Of a DNA stretch of 64,000 nt, positions 10,087-19,674 are shown one piece after another. The position numbers and the translations under genes are program-made. The stretch spans positions 96,001 to 160,000 of the forward strand of contig CBDBGZ010000009.1 in NCBI GenBank assembly GCA_965205425.1, in the 5' to 3' direction. The notes under the pieces are model-generated. The model was not told the DNA's origin, did not search any database, and saw only the letters and a program-made list of their open reading frames with translations. Within the stretch, counting starts at the first letter, position 1; every line of letters starts with the position of its first letter. This DNA is from Nitrosopumilus sp. Lineage in GTDB: Archaea; Thermoproteota; Nitrososphaeria; Nitrososphaerales; Nitrosopumilaceae.

Positions 10087-11451
10087 CTAACTCATTGAGT
10101 TAACTTGTTCTTTACAAATATCTGCGCCACATTGACATGAGCCATCACAAAGACATGCACCTTGCATTGCACAATCACATTCAGAGCCCATTTCAGCAGA
10201 TGCTGCACATCCACATGCTGCTTCTTCCTGAATAGAAGGAGTTGCTTGTGGAGGCGGACTTTGTTGTGAAGCGTCATCATAATGGCTTCGTGTTTGTTGA
10301 TAATCAGCATCATCCTTTAGTTGAGCCTCACCTCTATTGGTCTTATAGCCTCCAGAAGAATCACTGGTCTCATAACCTTGTAATCTATTAGGATCAATTC
10401 CTTGTTGTCCTTGTTGTTCATTTTTGAGTGATCTGCTACTAATAAAGAAAAATGCTATACCTGCAACAGCTGCTATTCCAGCCATTCCGTAAACTATCAT
10501 TACTGGGAAATCACCAGTAGATGTGGTCATATAATCCTCAGGTGGAGTTGGAGTTACACCTGCAATTTCAATTCCATCTAAATTATCTAAAGCACCAAAA
10601 CCAATTGTTGATAAGTTTGCAGTATCAGTAGATTGAACACTTCTGACAATGTAAGTTTGATCAGAAGTTACTGAAGCCTCAAAGATTCTCTCAACTTGTC
10701 TTCCTTCTCTAATACTACTTTCACCCATAGTCCAAGAAGAGACTACAAATCCTGCAATTTCATCATCTAATCCAAAAGTTCCAGCATCTACATTGATTCC
10801 AGTTGGATCAAACAAAAAGTGCCAGTTAGTTAATGGTTGTTCTAAAATAAAATCAGCATTAATGAGATGTTTACCTAATACTTCTTCAGCTTCAGTGTCA
10901 ACAAAGTAAGTGTACACTTCAGGTTCTTGATCTCGCAATATGTTAATTGGAATATTAATTTCAATACCATCAATTACAATTTCTTTATCAGTAGACATTG
11001 CTCTCCATCCCATATCAACTAAGGTTCTCTGACCATCATCAGTGATTACATAATCAGTTAAAGTACCTTCTAGGATTATACGATAATCAATCGAAGTATT
11101 GATGTTTCTTGCTTTAAGATGAATTTCATAATCTACAGATAAATCGTCAATTTGAGCTTGACTGCCATCATTTGCAATACCACGATTTAGTTCATCTTTT
11201 AGTTGTTGAACTCCTGAATTGGATGTATCTGCAGTTCCAGAAACAGTCCATTCTTTACCTTGTAATTCATCAAAGAGATTTCCGCCATTTGGATATTCAA
11301 TAAAGACGGTTTTTAGATATGTCATCTTAAATGGAGATGTTTCAGTATTAGGGTTAATTCTAGCATCTAATTGAGCAGCCCAAACTGGAGTACTTGTACC
11401 TATAACGATAAGAGTTGCTAGCAAAACGGATAGAATTACTGCCCTAGACAC
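10087..11451 (-). CDS. Membrane-anchored protein with a Cys-rich metallothionein-like cytoplasmic tail
   Basis: Signal peptide, single TM near aa 317-338, C-terminal CGC..CDC..CLC..CQC..C. Confidence 0.8.
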   Translation of the reverse strand: MSRAVILSVLLATLIVIGTSTPVWAAQLDARINPNTETSPFKMTYLKTVFIEYPNGGNLFDELQGKEWTVSGTADTSNSGVQQLKDELNRGIANDGSQAQIDDLSVDYEIHLKARNINTSIDYRIILEGTLTDYVITDDGQRTLVDMGWRAMSTDKEIVIDGIEINIPINILRDQEPEVYTYFVDTEAEEVLGKHLINADFILEQPLTNWHFLFDPTGINVDAGTFGLDDEIAGFVVSSWTMGESSIREGRQVERIFEASVTSDQTYIVRSVQSTDTANLSTIGFGALDNLDGIEIAGVTPTPPEDYMTTSTGDFPVMIVYGMAGIAAVAGIAFFFISSRSLKNEQQGQQGIDPNRLQGYETSDSSGGYKTNRGEAQLKDDADYQQTRSHYDDASQQSPPPQATPSIQEEAACGCAASAEMGSECDCAMQGACLCDGSCQCGADICKEQVNSMS

Positions 11452-11567
11452 GAGTAAAATCCATGAAATTACGGTAATAAACTTATCCTAATTATCTAGA
11501 TCAGCATTTTTTGAAAAAGTAATATTGAGTGAGAAAGTTAGGATTTTTGGTTTTAGAGGGATATGAT

Positions 11568-12488
11568 ATGATTACAGTATTAGCAGGAGGAACAGGTTCG
11601 GTTAAACTCGTTAGAGGATTAGTAGCCCAAGAATCCAAAGTTAATGTAATTAGTAATGTGGGAGATAATTATTGGTTATACGGACTTTACGTATGTCCAG
11701 ATATTGATACTATTGTGTACGGATTAGCAGATTTGCTTGATCAAGAAAGAGGTTGGGGAATGAAAAAAGACACATTCAACTTTTTACGCCAAATGGAGGT
11801 TTTTGGAGAAGAGACATGGTTTAGAGTTGGGGATAGAGATGCTGCAACTCATTTGATTAGAACAAACATGTTGAAAAACGGAAAGAACCTCAGCGATATT
11901 ACAAAATGGATGTGTGAAAAATTTGCAGTTAGTGCAAATATCATCCCAGTTACAGACAACAGTATTGAAACAAGAATTACTACAGACAAAGGAGAATTAC
12001 ATTTGCAAGAATATTGGGTAAAACATAGAGGAAAAGACCCCGTAGAAGGTATTCAATATATTGGAGCAGACAAAGCTCGTCCAAATCCTGAAGCAGTAAA
12101 TGCAATTCATGATGCAGACATGGTAATTTTAGCACCAGGAAATCCATTGACATCAATTGGGCCAATGCTTCAGATTAAAGGAATTAGAAAAGAGTTATCA
12201 AAAATAAAAAAGAAAGTAGTTGCAATTAGTCCATTAATCGGAGAGAATGCAATTAGCGGACCTGCTGCAAAATATATGCAGGCTGCAGGCATAGAATCAA
12301 ACGCATATGGTTTAGCAAAAATGTATTCAGATGTTTGTTCAAATATTATTGTAGATACCAAAGACAGAATGTTAGTAAAGAAAATTCAGAGTTTAGACAT
12401 GAAAGTATTTGAAACAAAAATCACAATGAAAAATAAATTAGCCGAAGACGCATTAGCAAATTTCATTTTAAAACAAGTACACGTATAA
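11568..12488 (+). CDS. cofD: 2-phospho-L-lactate transferase (F420 biosynthesis)
   Basis: LAGGTG, NVGD, CPDIDT, GDRD, PGNPLTSI motifs. Confidence 0.95.
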   Translation: MITVLAGGTGSVKLVRGLVAQESKVNVISNVGDNYWLYGLYVCPDIDTIVYGLADLLDQERGWGMKKDTFNFLRQMEVFGEETWFRVGDRDAATHLIRTNMLKNGKNLSDITKWMCEKFAVSANIIPVTDNSIETRITTDKGELHLQEYWVKHRGKDPVEGIQYIGADKARPNPEAVNAIHDADMVILAPGNPLTSIGPMLQIKGIRKELSKIKKKVVAISPLIGENAISGPAAKYMQAAGIESNAYGLAKMYSDVCSNIIVDTKDRMLVKKIQSLDMKVFETKITMKNKLAEDALANFILKQVHV

Positions 12489-12489
12489 T

Positions 12490-13128
12490 TTGAAAATAGC
12501 AGCAATAATTCCTGTAAAGACTTTCTCTAAAGCAAAAACACGTTTAGATTTATCTCCACATCAAGTTGAAGATTTGTGTATTGTCATGTTAGAAGAAATT
12601 TTACACACTTTATCAATTTCTTCTCAAATTGAAAAAATCATCATGGTTACTAGAGAAGAAAAAGCAATTGAAATAGGGAAAAAATTCAATACAATCACCA
12701 TCATTGATGAAAAAGAAGAAAGTGTCAACAGTGCAGTTGCATTAGCAGATAATTACTTGTTAGAAAATAACTATGATGCATCAATTGTATTTCCTCAAGA
12801 CATACCATTTATCAAAACTCAAGATATTGATTTTATGTTAAACTACAAAATGCATCCAAATTTTGCAATTATTGTTCCATCAAGGAGATTTGATGGTACT
12901 AATGCTTTGGCTAGAATGCCAATAGATTTGATGAAGACCCATTATGATGAAGACAGTTATAAAATTCACATGAATACTGCAAAAGAACACACACTAAATA
13001 TTGCCATGGTTTTTGTTAAAAGAATAATGTGGGATGTAGATAATGCAGAAGACTTGAAATTTTTATTAGAACAAAATGAAAAACCAAATATCGCAGAAAA
13101 AATTAAAAAAATCTTAGAATCAAATTAG
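12490..13128 (+). CDS. cofC: 2-phospho-L-lactate guanylyltransferase
   Basis: IPVK...AKTRL, DIP, GTNAL, DVD..EDL; directly follows cofD. Confidence 0.93.
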   Translation: MKIAAIIPVKTFSKAKTRLDLSPHQVEDLCIVMLEEILHTLSISSQIEKIIMVTREEKAIEIGKKFNTITIIDEKEESVNSAVALADNYLLENNYDASIVFPQDIPFIKTQDIDFMLNYKMHPNFAIIVPSRRFDGTNALARMPIDLMKTHYDEDSYKIHMNTAKEHTLNIAMVFVKRIMWDVDNAEDLKFLLEQNEKPNIAEKIKKILESN

Positions 13129-13205
13129 CGAGAAATCGGCAAAAGATAAAAAAATTACTAATTTAGGTACGAAATCACTGTTGTATCTCAAAATCAGTTC
13201 GTCCC

Positions 13206-14193
13206 TTATTTGACATCGTATTCTTCTCCTGTCTGCTCATCAATAACTCTTGTTCCCTTCTCTGGCATCTTTCTTGCATATGCCTTTGCAGGGGTCTCAA
13301 GATTATCCCAGTCAAGTGACATGTGTGGCTTTATGTGATTGTACCAGTGGACCAGCTCATCAATGGTACCAAACCATTTCTGCTTTCTCTGAATCTCGCC
13401 GTGAAATCTTTCGAGCTAGCCATTGGTTTGAGGATGGTTCACTCTTGCCATGATATGCTTTATCTCTAATTTTACCAGTTCCTGCTCAAACTGGGATGCT
13501 CCTTTTCTCTTGTATTCTGATTGGTTTGCATAAAACTGGGAGCCATGATCAGTTAGAATTGATGCAGGCCTACCGTGCTTTGCAATTGCCTCATGTAATA
13601 CCACAAGTGCGTTATCTGTTGTTGCCTCTGCAAACACTCCATGAGAAACGATAAACCTTGATGCGTCATCCTGGTAGCATAAGAACCATCTGCCATCATC
13701 TAGCTTCTTCCAGTCAGTATGCCACATGGAGTTTGAATATGTCCTTTCATATCGAACCCACTTTCGTCTTCTCCTCTTCTTTGGCTGAGCTTCTGCCAAC
13801 CCTTCATCTCTCATAATTTTGTGTATGGTATTGTGAGGTATGTGTGTTCCAGTAGTATCAATTATTTTCTCCAAGAATACTGCAGAACACCTGAACTTTT
13901 CAAATGCTGACTGGACAGTCTGTACCATCTGCTCTGTGATTATTCAAGGCCCGACCAAAATCACTGGAGTGGGGGGGAGACTGGACAGTCTGTACCATCT
14001 GCTCTGTGATTATTCCCTTTGGCCTTCCAGGCTTGCCTAGGATTGGAACTGCACCAGTACGGCGATACCGTGAGTAGAGTTTCTGCACCCACCCAACAGA
14101 TATCTTCATGGATGAGGCTACGTCTGCGTTCTTGGCACCATCCTCTTTTGACTTGATTATCTAGGATATCTGGATTGGATCTAATTTTTGCAT
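13206..14193 (-). pseudogene. IS481 transposase pseudogene (about 305 aa when reconstructed)
   Basis: WHTD, DDASR, LTDHG, PQTNG motifs; in-frame TAG at 14161-14163 and 13416-13418; 70-bp frameshifting insertion. Confidence 0.9.
13909..14015. repeat. 37-bp exact direct repeat flanking a 33-bp unique insert
   Basis: GACTGGACAGTCTGTACCATCTGCTCTGTGATTATTC at 13909-13945 and 13979-14015. Confidence 0.95.
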
Positions 14194-14361
14194 AATCTTG
14201 TGATTCTTTCCTCTTTTCCAAACGTATCTTGACTTTAGTCTGGAAATAATGGGGTGAACTAATTTGAGGATAATAGAGATAGGTACGAAATCACAGATAT
14301 ACTTATATACAATGAATTAGAAAATGTTAAATATTATCATAAAAGGTTTTGAGAGAGAAAA

Positions 14362-15270
14362 ATGGTCAAATCAACTAATCCAAAAGACAAGTGTCCTAGA
14401 TGTGGAAAAGGTACCCTAGTAACAGATGCCAATACCGGTGAAAATTTTTGTGGTAAATGTGGATTTGTAATTACAGATAAAGTCGAAGAATCAGGTCCAG
14501 AATGGAGGTCATTTTCAAATGAAGGGGAGAACAAAAGTAGAGCAGGCGTTCCAACATCACTTGCTATGCACGACATGGGATTAGCCACAGTAATCAATCC
14601 ACAAAATAGAGATGCGACAGGAAAGCCACTAACTGCTGCAATGAAAAGTACTATTGAAAGATTAAGAACCTGGGATAGTAGAAGTCAAGTTCATGAACCA
14701 GTTGATAGAAACTTTAGACAGGCATTTAGTGAATTAGACAGACTAAAAGACAAACTTGCAGTTGGTGATTCAGTAATTGAAAAGGCAGCTTATATTTACA
14801 GAAAGGCATTGGAAAAAGGTCTAGTTAGAGGTCGTTCTATTTCAGCATTAATTGCATCAGCACTTTATGCAGCATGTCGAGATACTGAAACTCCTAGAAC
14901 ACTAAAAGATATTGGTCAAGCAAGTAATATCAAACGAAAAGATATTGCAAGATGCTACAGATTATTGTTAAGAGAATTAAATTTAAAAATGCCAGTTGTT
15001 GATCCTGTAAAATGCATATCTAGAATAGCAAGCAAGGCAGGATTATCTGAAAAAACAAAAAGAAAAGCTACCAAAATATTACAAACTGCAGAAGAACAAA
15101 AAATTTCAGCAGGTAAAGATCCTATGGGGTTAGCTGCTGCTGCACTTTACGTAGCTTGCGTTACAAATGGAGAAAATAAAACACAAAGAGATGTGGCTGA
15201 AGCTGCAGGAGTAACAGAAGTAACAATTCGAAACAGGTACAAAGGTTTGAAAGTAGCCTTAAACCTCTAA
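14362..15270 (+). CDS. tfb: Transcription initiation factor IIB
   Basis: CPRC/CGKC zinc ribbon, GPEWRSF B-reader, two cyclin repeats, TEVTIRNRYK. Confidence 0.97.
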   Translation: MVKSTNPKDKCPRCGKGTLVTDANTGENFCGKCGFVITDKVEESGPEWRSFSNEGENKSRAGVPTSLAMHDMGLATVINPQNRDATGKPLTAAMKSTIERLRTWDSRSQVHEPVDRNFRQAFSELDRLKDKLAVGDSVIEKAAYIYRKALEKGLVRGRSISALIASALYAACRDTETPRTLKDIGQASNIKRKDIARCYRLLLRELNLKMPVVDPVKCISRIASKAGLSEKTKRKATKILQTAEEQKISAGKDPMGLAAAALYVACVTNGENKTQRDVAEAAGVTEVTIRNRYKGLKVALNL

Positions 15271-16248
15271 GTTAGATTCTTTTTTAGAATAAAATCTATT
15301 TACAATTAAAACACTAATAGATAATACTCCTGAAATTAAAAATAACATTTCCAAAGTATGCATCAATGAATGGGAAAAAGCAGATTCAATTGAAATTAAA
15401 TTTATTTGAGAAATAAAAGTTGCATACGAAAAAATAAAGTAATTTGTAGCCCAGTGAATCATTAATGAAACTACAAATCCATATCTGAGATAAACCCAAC
15501 CAAGTATTATTCCACTAGCAGTTGCTTGAGCAAATTTTCCACCACTCCATGAATCTCCAAAGGCAATATGGGCAAAACCAAAAAGCACACCTACAAAGAC
15601 AATTAAAAGAAGTGCTTTTTTTGCATCAAAAATATCAAGATGGTTAGGATTCCACAAACATTTGATGAAATATTTTATTGAGGATTTATGAGAATAAAGA
15701 GCAAATAAAGGAATTCCAATTAAAATAAGACGAAATCCAAATTCTTCAATTAATGGAGCAAGAGTGACATAAAAAAATTGAAAAAGATCATTATCAGCAA
15801 GAGGAGGAACAATTGTAATACCAAATCCCTCTTGAATGTAATTAATCAGACCTGAAATTAAAATTAAGATTGAGAACCATTTTGTAATACCAATCATATA
15901 GTTAAATCGCGTATCATATTTTCCAAAAGATATAATCGGAGACAAAGCTTTGAAGAAATCATGTTTTGGTCCTAACATAGCAATTACAAAAATTACAAGA
16001 TAAAAAATCCATAAAACAACAAATACATCACCAATACTGACATCAGAGGAAGACTGATAGAAATCTGAACCAATAAAAATATCCAGATGGCTTAGTGGAT
16101 ATTCATAATTAATGTCACCTCCAACATCACTTTCAAAAACAACAAAGATTCCAATAGGGAAAGAAACTACCAACAAACCAAAGATTACAGATAGTAATGC
16201 AGTGTAAGGTATCCCAATAGATTGAAGTAATTTATTGGAATTTTTCAA
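15259..16248 (-). CDS. CPBP-family (CAAX-type II) intramembrane glutamic protease
   Basis: APLIEEFGFR, FGFAH, HWATN motifs; multiple TMs. Confidence 0.88.
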   Translation of the reverse strand: MKNSNKLLQSIGIPYTALLSVIFGLLVVSFPIGIFVVFESDVGGDINYEYPLSHLDIFIGSDFYQSSSDVSIGDVFVVLWIFYLVIFVIAMLGPKHDFFKALSPIISFGKYDTRFNYMIGITKWFSILILISGLINYIQEGFGITIVPPLADNDLFQFFYVTLAPLIEEFGFRLILIGIPLFALYSHKSSIKYFIKCLWNPNHLDIFDAKKALLLIVFVGVLFGFAHIAFGDSWSGGKFAQATASGIILGWVYLRYGFVVSLMIHWATNYFIFSYATFISQINLISIESAFSHSLMHTLEMLFLISGVLSISVLIVNRFYSKKESNLEV

Positions 16249-16254
16249 TTCGTT

Positions 16255-16563
16255 CTAATGTAATTCTATAGTATCTTCGGCAAATCCTAAATTAATCAAA
16301 GTATCTTTGATTGTATCTCTATGATCACCTTGTAAGAAGATGTAACCTTCTTTAGCAGTTCCACCACATGCATATTTGTTTTTAAGTTCTTTTGCAACAG
16401 TTTCTAAATTATTTAATTTAGGATCCAATCCTTCAATCATAGTACCCTTTTTTTTAAATCGTCTAGTTTCTAATCGAATAATAATTTTAGTACTATCTTT
16501 GGCAAGTTCACCACAAGCACACAAATCTTCTGGAAGACCACAAGTATTACAAATTACTGCCAT
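16255..16563 (-). CDS. sui1: Translation initiation factor SUI1/aIF1
   Basis: C..CGLPEDLC.C, LKNKYACGGT, LQGDHR. Confidence 0.95.
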   Translation of the reverse strand: MAVICNTCGLPEDLCACGELAKDSTKIIIRLETRRFKKKGTMIEGLDPKLNNLETVAKELKNKYACGGTAKEGYIFLQGDHRDTIKDTLINLGFAEDTIELH

Positions 16564-16667
16564 TCGTTCGAAATCAATTCAATTATTCACACTATTAAGC
16601 CTTGTTTGAATATGAATTAAGAATCAAAAATAAACGGATTTTTTAGATAGAAAATTAAAGAAAAAGA

Positions 16668-17000
16668 ATGACGGATGATCTAACAAAAAAAGCTGCAGAA
16701 ATGCTTCTAAAAGGAGCCACATTACTCAGTGAACCATGTCCGTATTGTAAAGGGGTTAGAGTAATGAAAGAAGGGCAGGCATTATGTACTAGTTGTGGAC
16801 GTCAACCTGAAAAAAAAGAAATTCCAATTGAAAATCCACCAAATGAAATGACACTCAACTTAGAAAAAACATTAGAAAAGAAACTAGAATTACTTTCAAA
16901 AGAATTAGAGGAAGAAAAAGATCATGAAAAGCAACAAAATATTCTAAAAACGATCAATTCACTATTAGAGACAATAGACAAAATGAAAGGCAAACAATAA
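16668..17000 (+). CDS. UPF0148 / autoantigen p27-like zinc-ribbon protein
   Basis: AEMLLKGATLL..CPYC..CTSC plus coiled tail. Confidence 0.85.
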   Translation: MTDDLTKKAAEMLLKGATLLSEPCPYCKGVRVMKEGQALCTSCGRQPEKKEIPIENPPNEMTLNLEKTLEKKLELLSKELEEEKDHEKQQNILKTINSLLETIDKMKGKQ

Positions 17001-17035
17001 AGTTTTTATGTTAAAATCCTTGATTTCGAATTGTA

Positions 17036-17200
17036 ATGGCAGATAAGAAATCAGCACCACTTCCAGCATCAAGTGGAGGTCTCATGAGATTCTTTGAAGA
17101 TGAGACAAAGGGATTCAAATTAGATCCAAAAATTGTAGTAACAATCCCAATTAGTTTGATTGCCATTTCATGGATAATCGATTTATTTCTAGCTCCGTGA
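17036..17200 (+). CDS. secG: Preprotein translocase subunit Sec61beta/SecG (not in ORF track)
   Basis: MADKKSAPLPASSGGLMRFFEDETKGFKLDPKIVV...: GL.RFFE..D.K.DP motif plus one TM. Confidence 0.92.
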   Translation: MADKKSAPLPASSGGLMRFFEDETKGFKLDPKIVVTIPISLIAISWIIDLFLAP

Positions 17201-17207
17201 AGAAACA

Positions 17208-18956
17208 ATGGAACAAGATACAGATAATGTTTCAAATATACACAATAGATTTTCCCTCACTTTAGTTAATCCATCATCAAAGTATTTTTCTCTAGTTGTA
17301 TCAATGGTAGTAGCTGCAGTAACAGTTCTTGCAACATATTTGGGTTATTTGAGTAATTTAGGATTTGAAGAAAATTGGTACATATTGCCATTGGTCTTAG
17401 GTGTTCTATATGCAACACAATTTCTAGATACACGATTTGCAAAGAAAAAAGAATACTCAAAGTCACTTCATTCATCACTTTTTGGAAATATGTTATGGAC
17501 AATTACATTACTAATGGGAATTCTTTCAAGTATTGTTTTATCAAAAGATTTAGAATTGTTCTTCATAACTTTTGGATTATTACTTTTTGCAAGTTTTAGA
17601 ATAGGAATATACACCACAACTCTAGGAGCAAGTCTCAAAAAAGCTTGGGCTATTTGTCTTATTCAGCCACTAGCAATGTTTTTTGTATTAATTCCTCAAG
17701 ATATGTGGATTTCAATACTTAGTGAACCAATTGGATTAGGATATGGAATATCTTTTATGATAATTGCAAGTGTGTGGTCAATTGTGACAGATAGAGCAGG
17801 AAGACCAGCAATGGAGAGTACTCATAAAACTATTCAAGCTTATCTGGCATCACAAGGAAATGATTTTGAAGATGCTGAAGAATTAATGGAACAACGCTCA
17901 AATGAAACCAAAGTATCAACATCACAAATAAAATTTTCAGCACAAAATGGAGAGAAGGAATTCCGAATGATTTTGCCAGGAATACATCCAGGTCCATATC
18001 ATCCAGTTGGTGGAAGTAACATCCCATACCTGATTTACAAGAATTTATCGTCATCAGCTATGGTAATGCATAGCATTTCTGATCATGCACTAAATCTACC
18101 ATCAAGGAATGAAGTTGAAAAGTACTTGAAAAATTTAGAAAATAGCAAAGTCAAAGATGAAGGAGTACAATGTACAGAACCAGTAACAGTTCAAATAAAC
18201 AAAGCTAGAGTTACAGGATTACTTTTTGGAAATAATCCATTATTGTTTTTATCGTTATCACCACATGGGATGGAGGATCTTCCTAGCTATATGAAGACAG
18301 AAATTGTGCAATATGCAAACAATAGAAATTATTCAAGAACCATGATTGTAGATTGCCATAATGCAATGGGTGAAGAAATATCAAAAGAGGACGGGGAAGA
18401 TATGCTAAAAGCTGCAAAATCATGTTTAGATACTCTAATTACAAAAGAAAGTTTCCCAATTGAACTAGGTTATGCAAATACAGAGGAAATGGATGTATGG
18501 ACAGAAGATCTTGGGATGGCAGGATTAGGAATAATTTGTCTCAAATTGAATGAAAAAAAATATTTTCTAGGATGGTCAGATTCAAACAATATGGAAAACG
18601 GAATTAGAGAAAAAATCATAGACATATTTGCAAAAAGGGATTATCAATTACTAGAAATTTGCACATCAGATACACATTATGCACCAGTTAAAGCCAGAAA
18701 CAGAAACGGATACTATCAACTAGGACTAATTACAAGTGCAGATAAACTTTCAAAATGGTTCTTCAAAATTGCAAAAAGTGCAGAAGCCAATACAACATCT
18801 ACAAAATTTGAAATTTTAGAAAACGAAACTAACGTGAAAGTGATGGGTCAGGGAATTTATGAAGACTATTCAAAAGCATTAGATAATTCATTAAAAATTA
18901 CCAAAGGATTTGTTATTGGAGGAATAGTATTTTTTGTTACTAGTTTGTTCCTATAG
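17208..18956 (+). CDS. DUF2070-family membrane protein
   Basis: N-terminal TMs, HPGP, H...DH, DCHN, DSNN, TSDTH motifs. Confidence 0.85.
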   Translation: MEQDTDNVSNIHNRFSLTLVNPSSKYFSLVVSMVVAAVTVLATYLGYLSNLGFEENWYILPLVLGVLYATQFLDTRFAKKKEYSKSLHSSLFGNMLWTITLLMGILSSIVLSKDLELFFITFGLLLFASFRIGIYTTTLGASLKKAWAICLIQPLAMFFVLIPQDMWISILSEPIGLGYGISFMIIASVWSIVTDRAGRPAMESTHKTIQAYLASQGNDFEDAEELMEQRSNETKVSTSQIKFSAQNGEKEFRMILPGIHPGPYHPVGGSNIPYLIYKNLSSSAMVMHSISDHALNLPSRNEVEKYLKNLENSKVKDEGVQCTEPVTVQINKARVTGLLFGNNPLLFLSLSPHGMEDLPSYMKTEIVQYANNRNYSRTMIVDCHNAMGEEISKEDGEDMLKAAKSCLDTLITKESFPIELGYANTEEMDVWTEDLGMAGLGIICLKLNEKKYFLGWSDSNNMENGIREKIIDIFAKRDYQLLEICTSDTHYAPVKARNRNGYYQLGLITSADKLSKWFFKIAKSAEANTTSTKFEILENETNVKVMGQGIYEDYSKALDNSLKITKGFVIGGIVFFVTSLFL

Positions 18957-19593
18957 TCTTCATTTGATCAATATTTCCATAGAATTCATCCACAAATGAA
19001 GTAAATTGAGAAATAGGTACAATAGGAACATTTTCAATAAAATCAACATTATCTTGATATAATGTTACGATTACAGGCACCGCAATAGCTCCAGGTGTTT
19101 TAGCAACATATTGTTTTGTACGTTCAATTTGTTTTTTAACAGCAGTTGAGAGAGCAGATGAACTATATCTTTTCCAATGTTTGCAATCAATCAAAATAGC
19201 AATACCAAGCCTAATACCAACAACATCAATTTCCATCCTAGGTTTTGTCAACATCATATTTTTAATTACTGCAAAATTTTTTTCAGTCAATACTTCTGCA
19301 GTTAATCCTTCAAAATCTCTCCAATCTAATGCAATTGAAATTTCATCTATAGGAAATCCTTTTTCAAGTAAAGAAACAGCAATTTTTAATTTATCACCAT
19401 CCTCAAAATAATAAAAATTATTCTCTTTTGTCCCAATTTCATTTTTAATGAATTCGTTTAAAATTATTTTAGAATCATCATTTGTAATTTTAGTGACAGC
19501 AGAGAAATCCTGAATGGAAACTCCACCTGCGATTATTCCGGATAACCCATTTATCATTTTTGGATGAATTTTCAATTGTAATTTTTGATTCAT
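18940..19593 (-). CDS. Mrr-like PD-(D/E)XK endonuclease domain protein
   Basis: WRDFE, EIDVVG, IDCKHW; start uncertain (19593-19629). Confidence 0.8.
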   Translation of the reverse strand: MNQKLQLKIHPKMINGLSGIIAGGVSIQDFSAVTKITNDDSKIILNEFIKNEIGTKENNFYYFEDGDKLKIAVSLLEKGFPIDEISIALDWRDFEGLTAEVLTEKNFAVIKNMMLTKPRMEIDVVGIRLGIAILIDCKHWKRYSSSALSTAVKKQIERTKQYVAKTPGAIAVPVIVTLYQDNVDFIENVPIVPISQFTSFVDEFYGNIDQMKTIGTN

Positions 19594-19674
19594 ATTAGAA
19601 ATATAGGTTTTAGCAGCTAATAACATCAAGGTATTATGATATAGGTTTTATTACATGAGTAGAAAAGTAACAAT

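Larger units (their letters stand above)
13179..14279 (-). mobile_element. Degenerate IS481-family insertion sequence
   Basis: TGT end, imperfect 27-bp IRs (13179-13205 / 14251-14277), 15-bp TSD TAGGTACGAAATCAC at 13164-13178 and 14280-14294. Confidence 0.9.

Noticed and set aside
13416..14163. Amber read-through (pyrrolysine) of the two in-frame TAG codons
   Set aside because: Both are single-base changes from conserved W and K codons, the gene is also frameshifted, and no pyl genes are visible
17011..17235. 74-aa minus-strand ORF
   Set aside because: Shadow of Sec61beta on the plus strand
18940..19629. Defence island around the Mrr-like nuclease
   Set aside because: Solitary gene among housekeeping genes, with no methyltransferase or other defence genes
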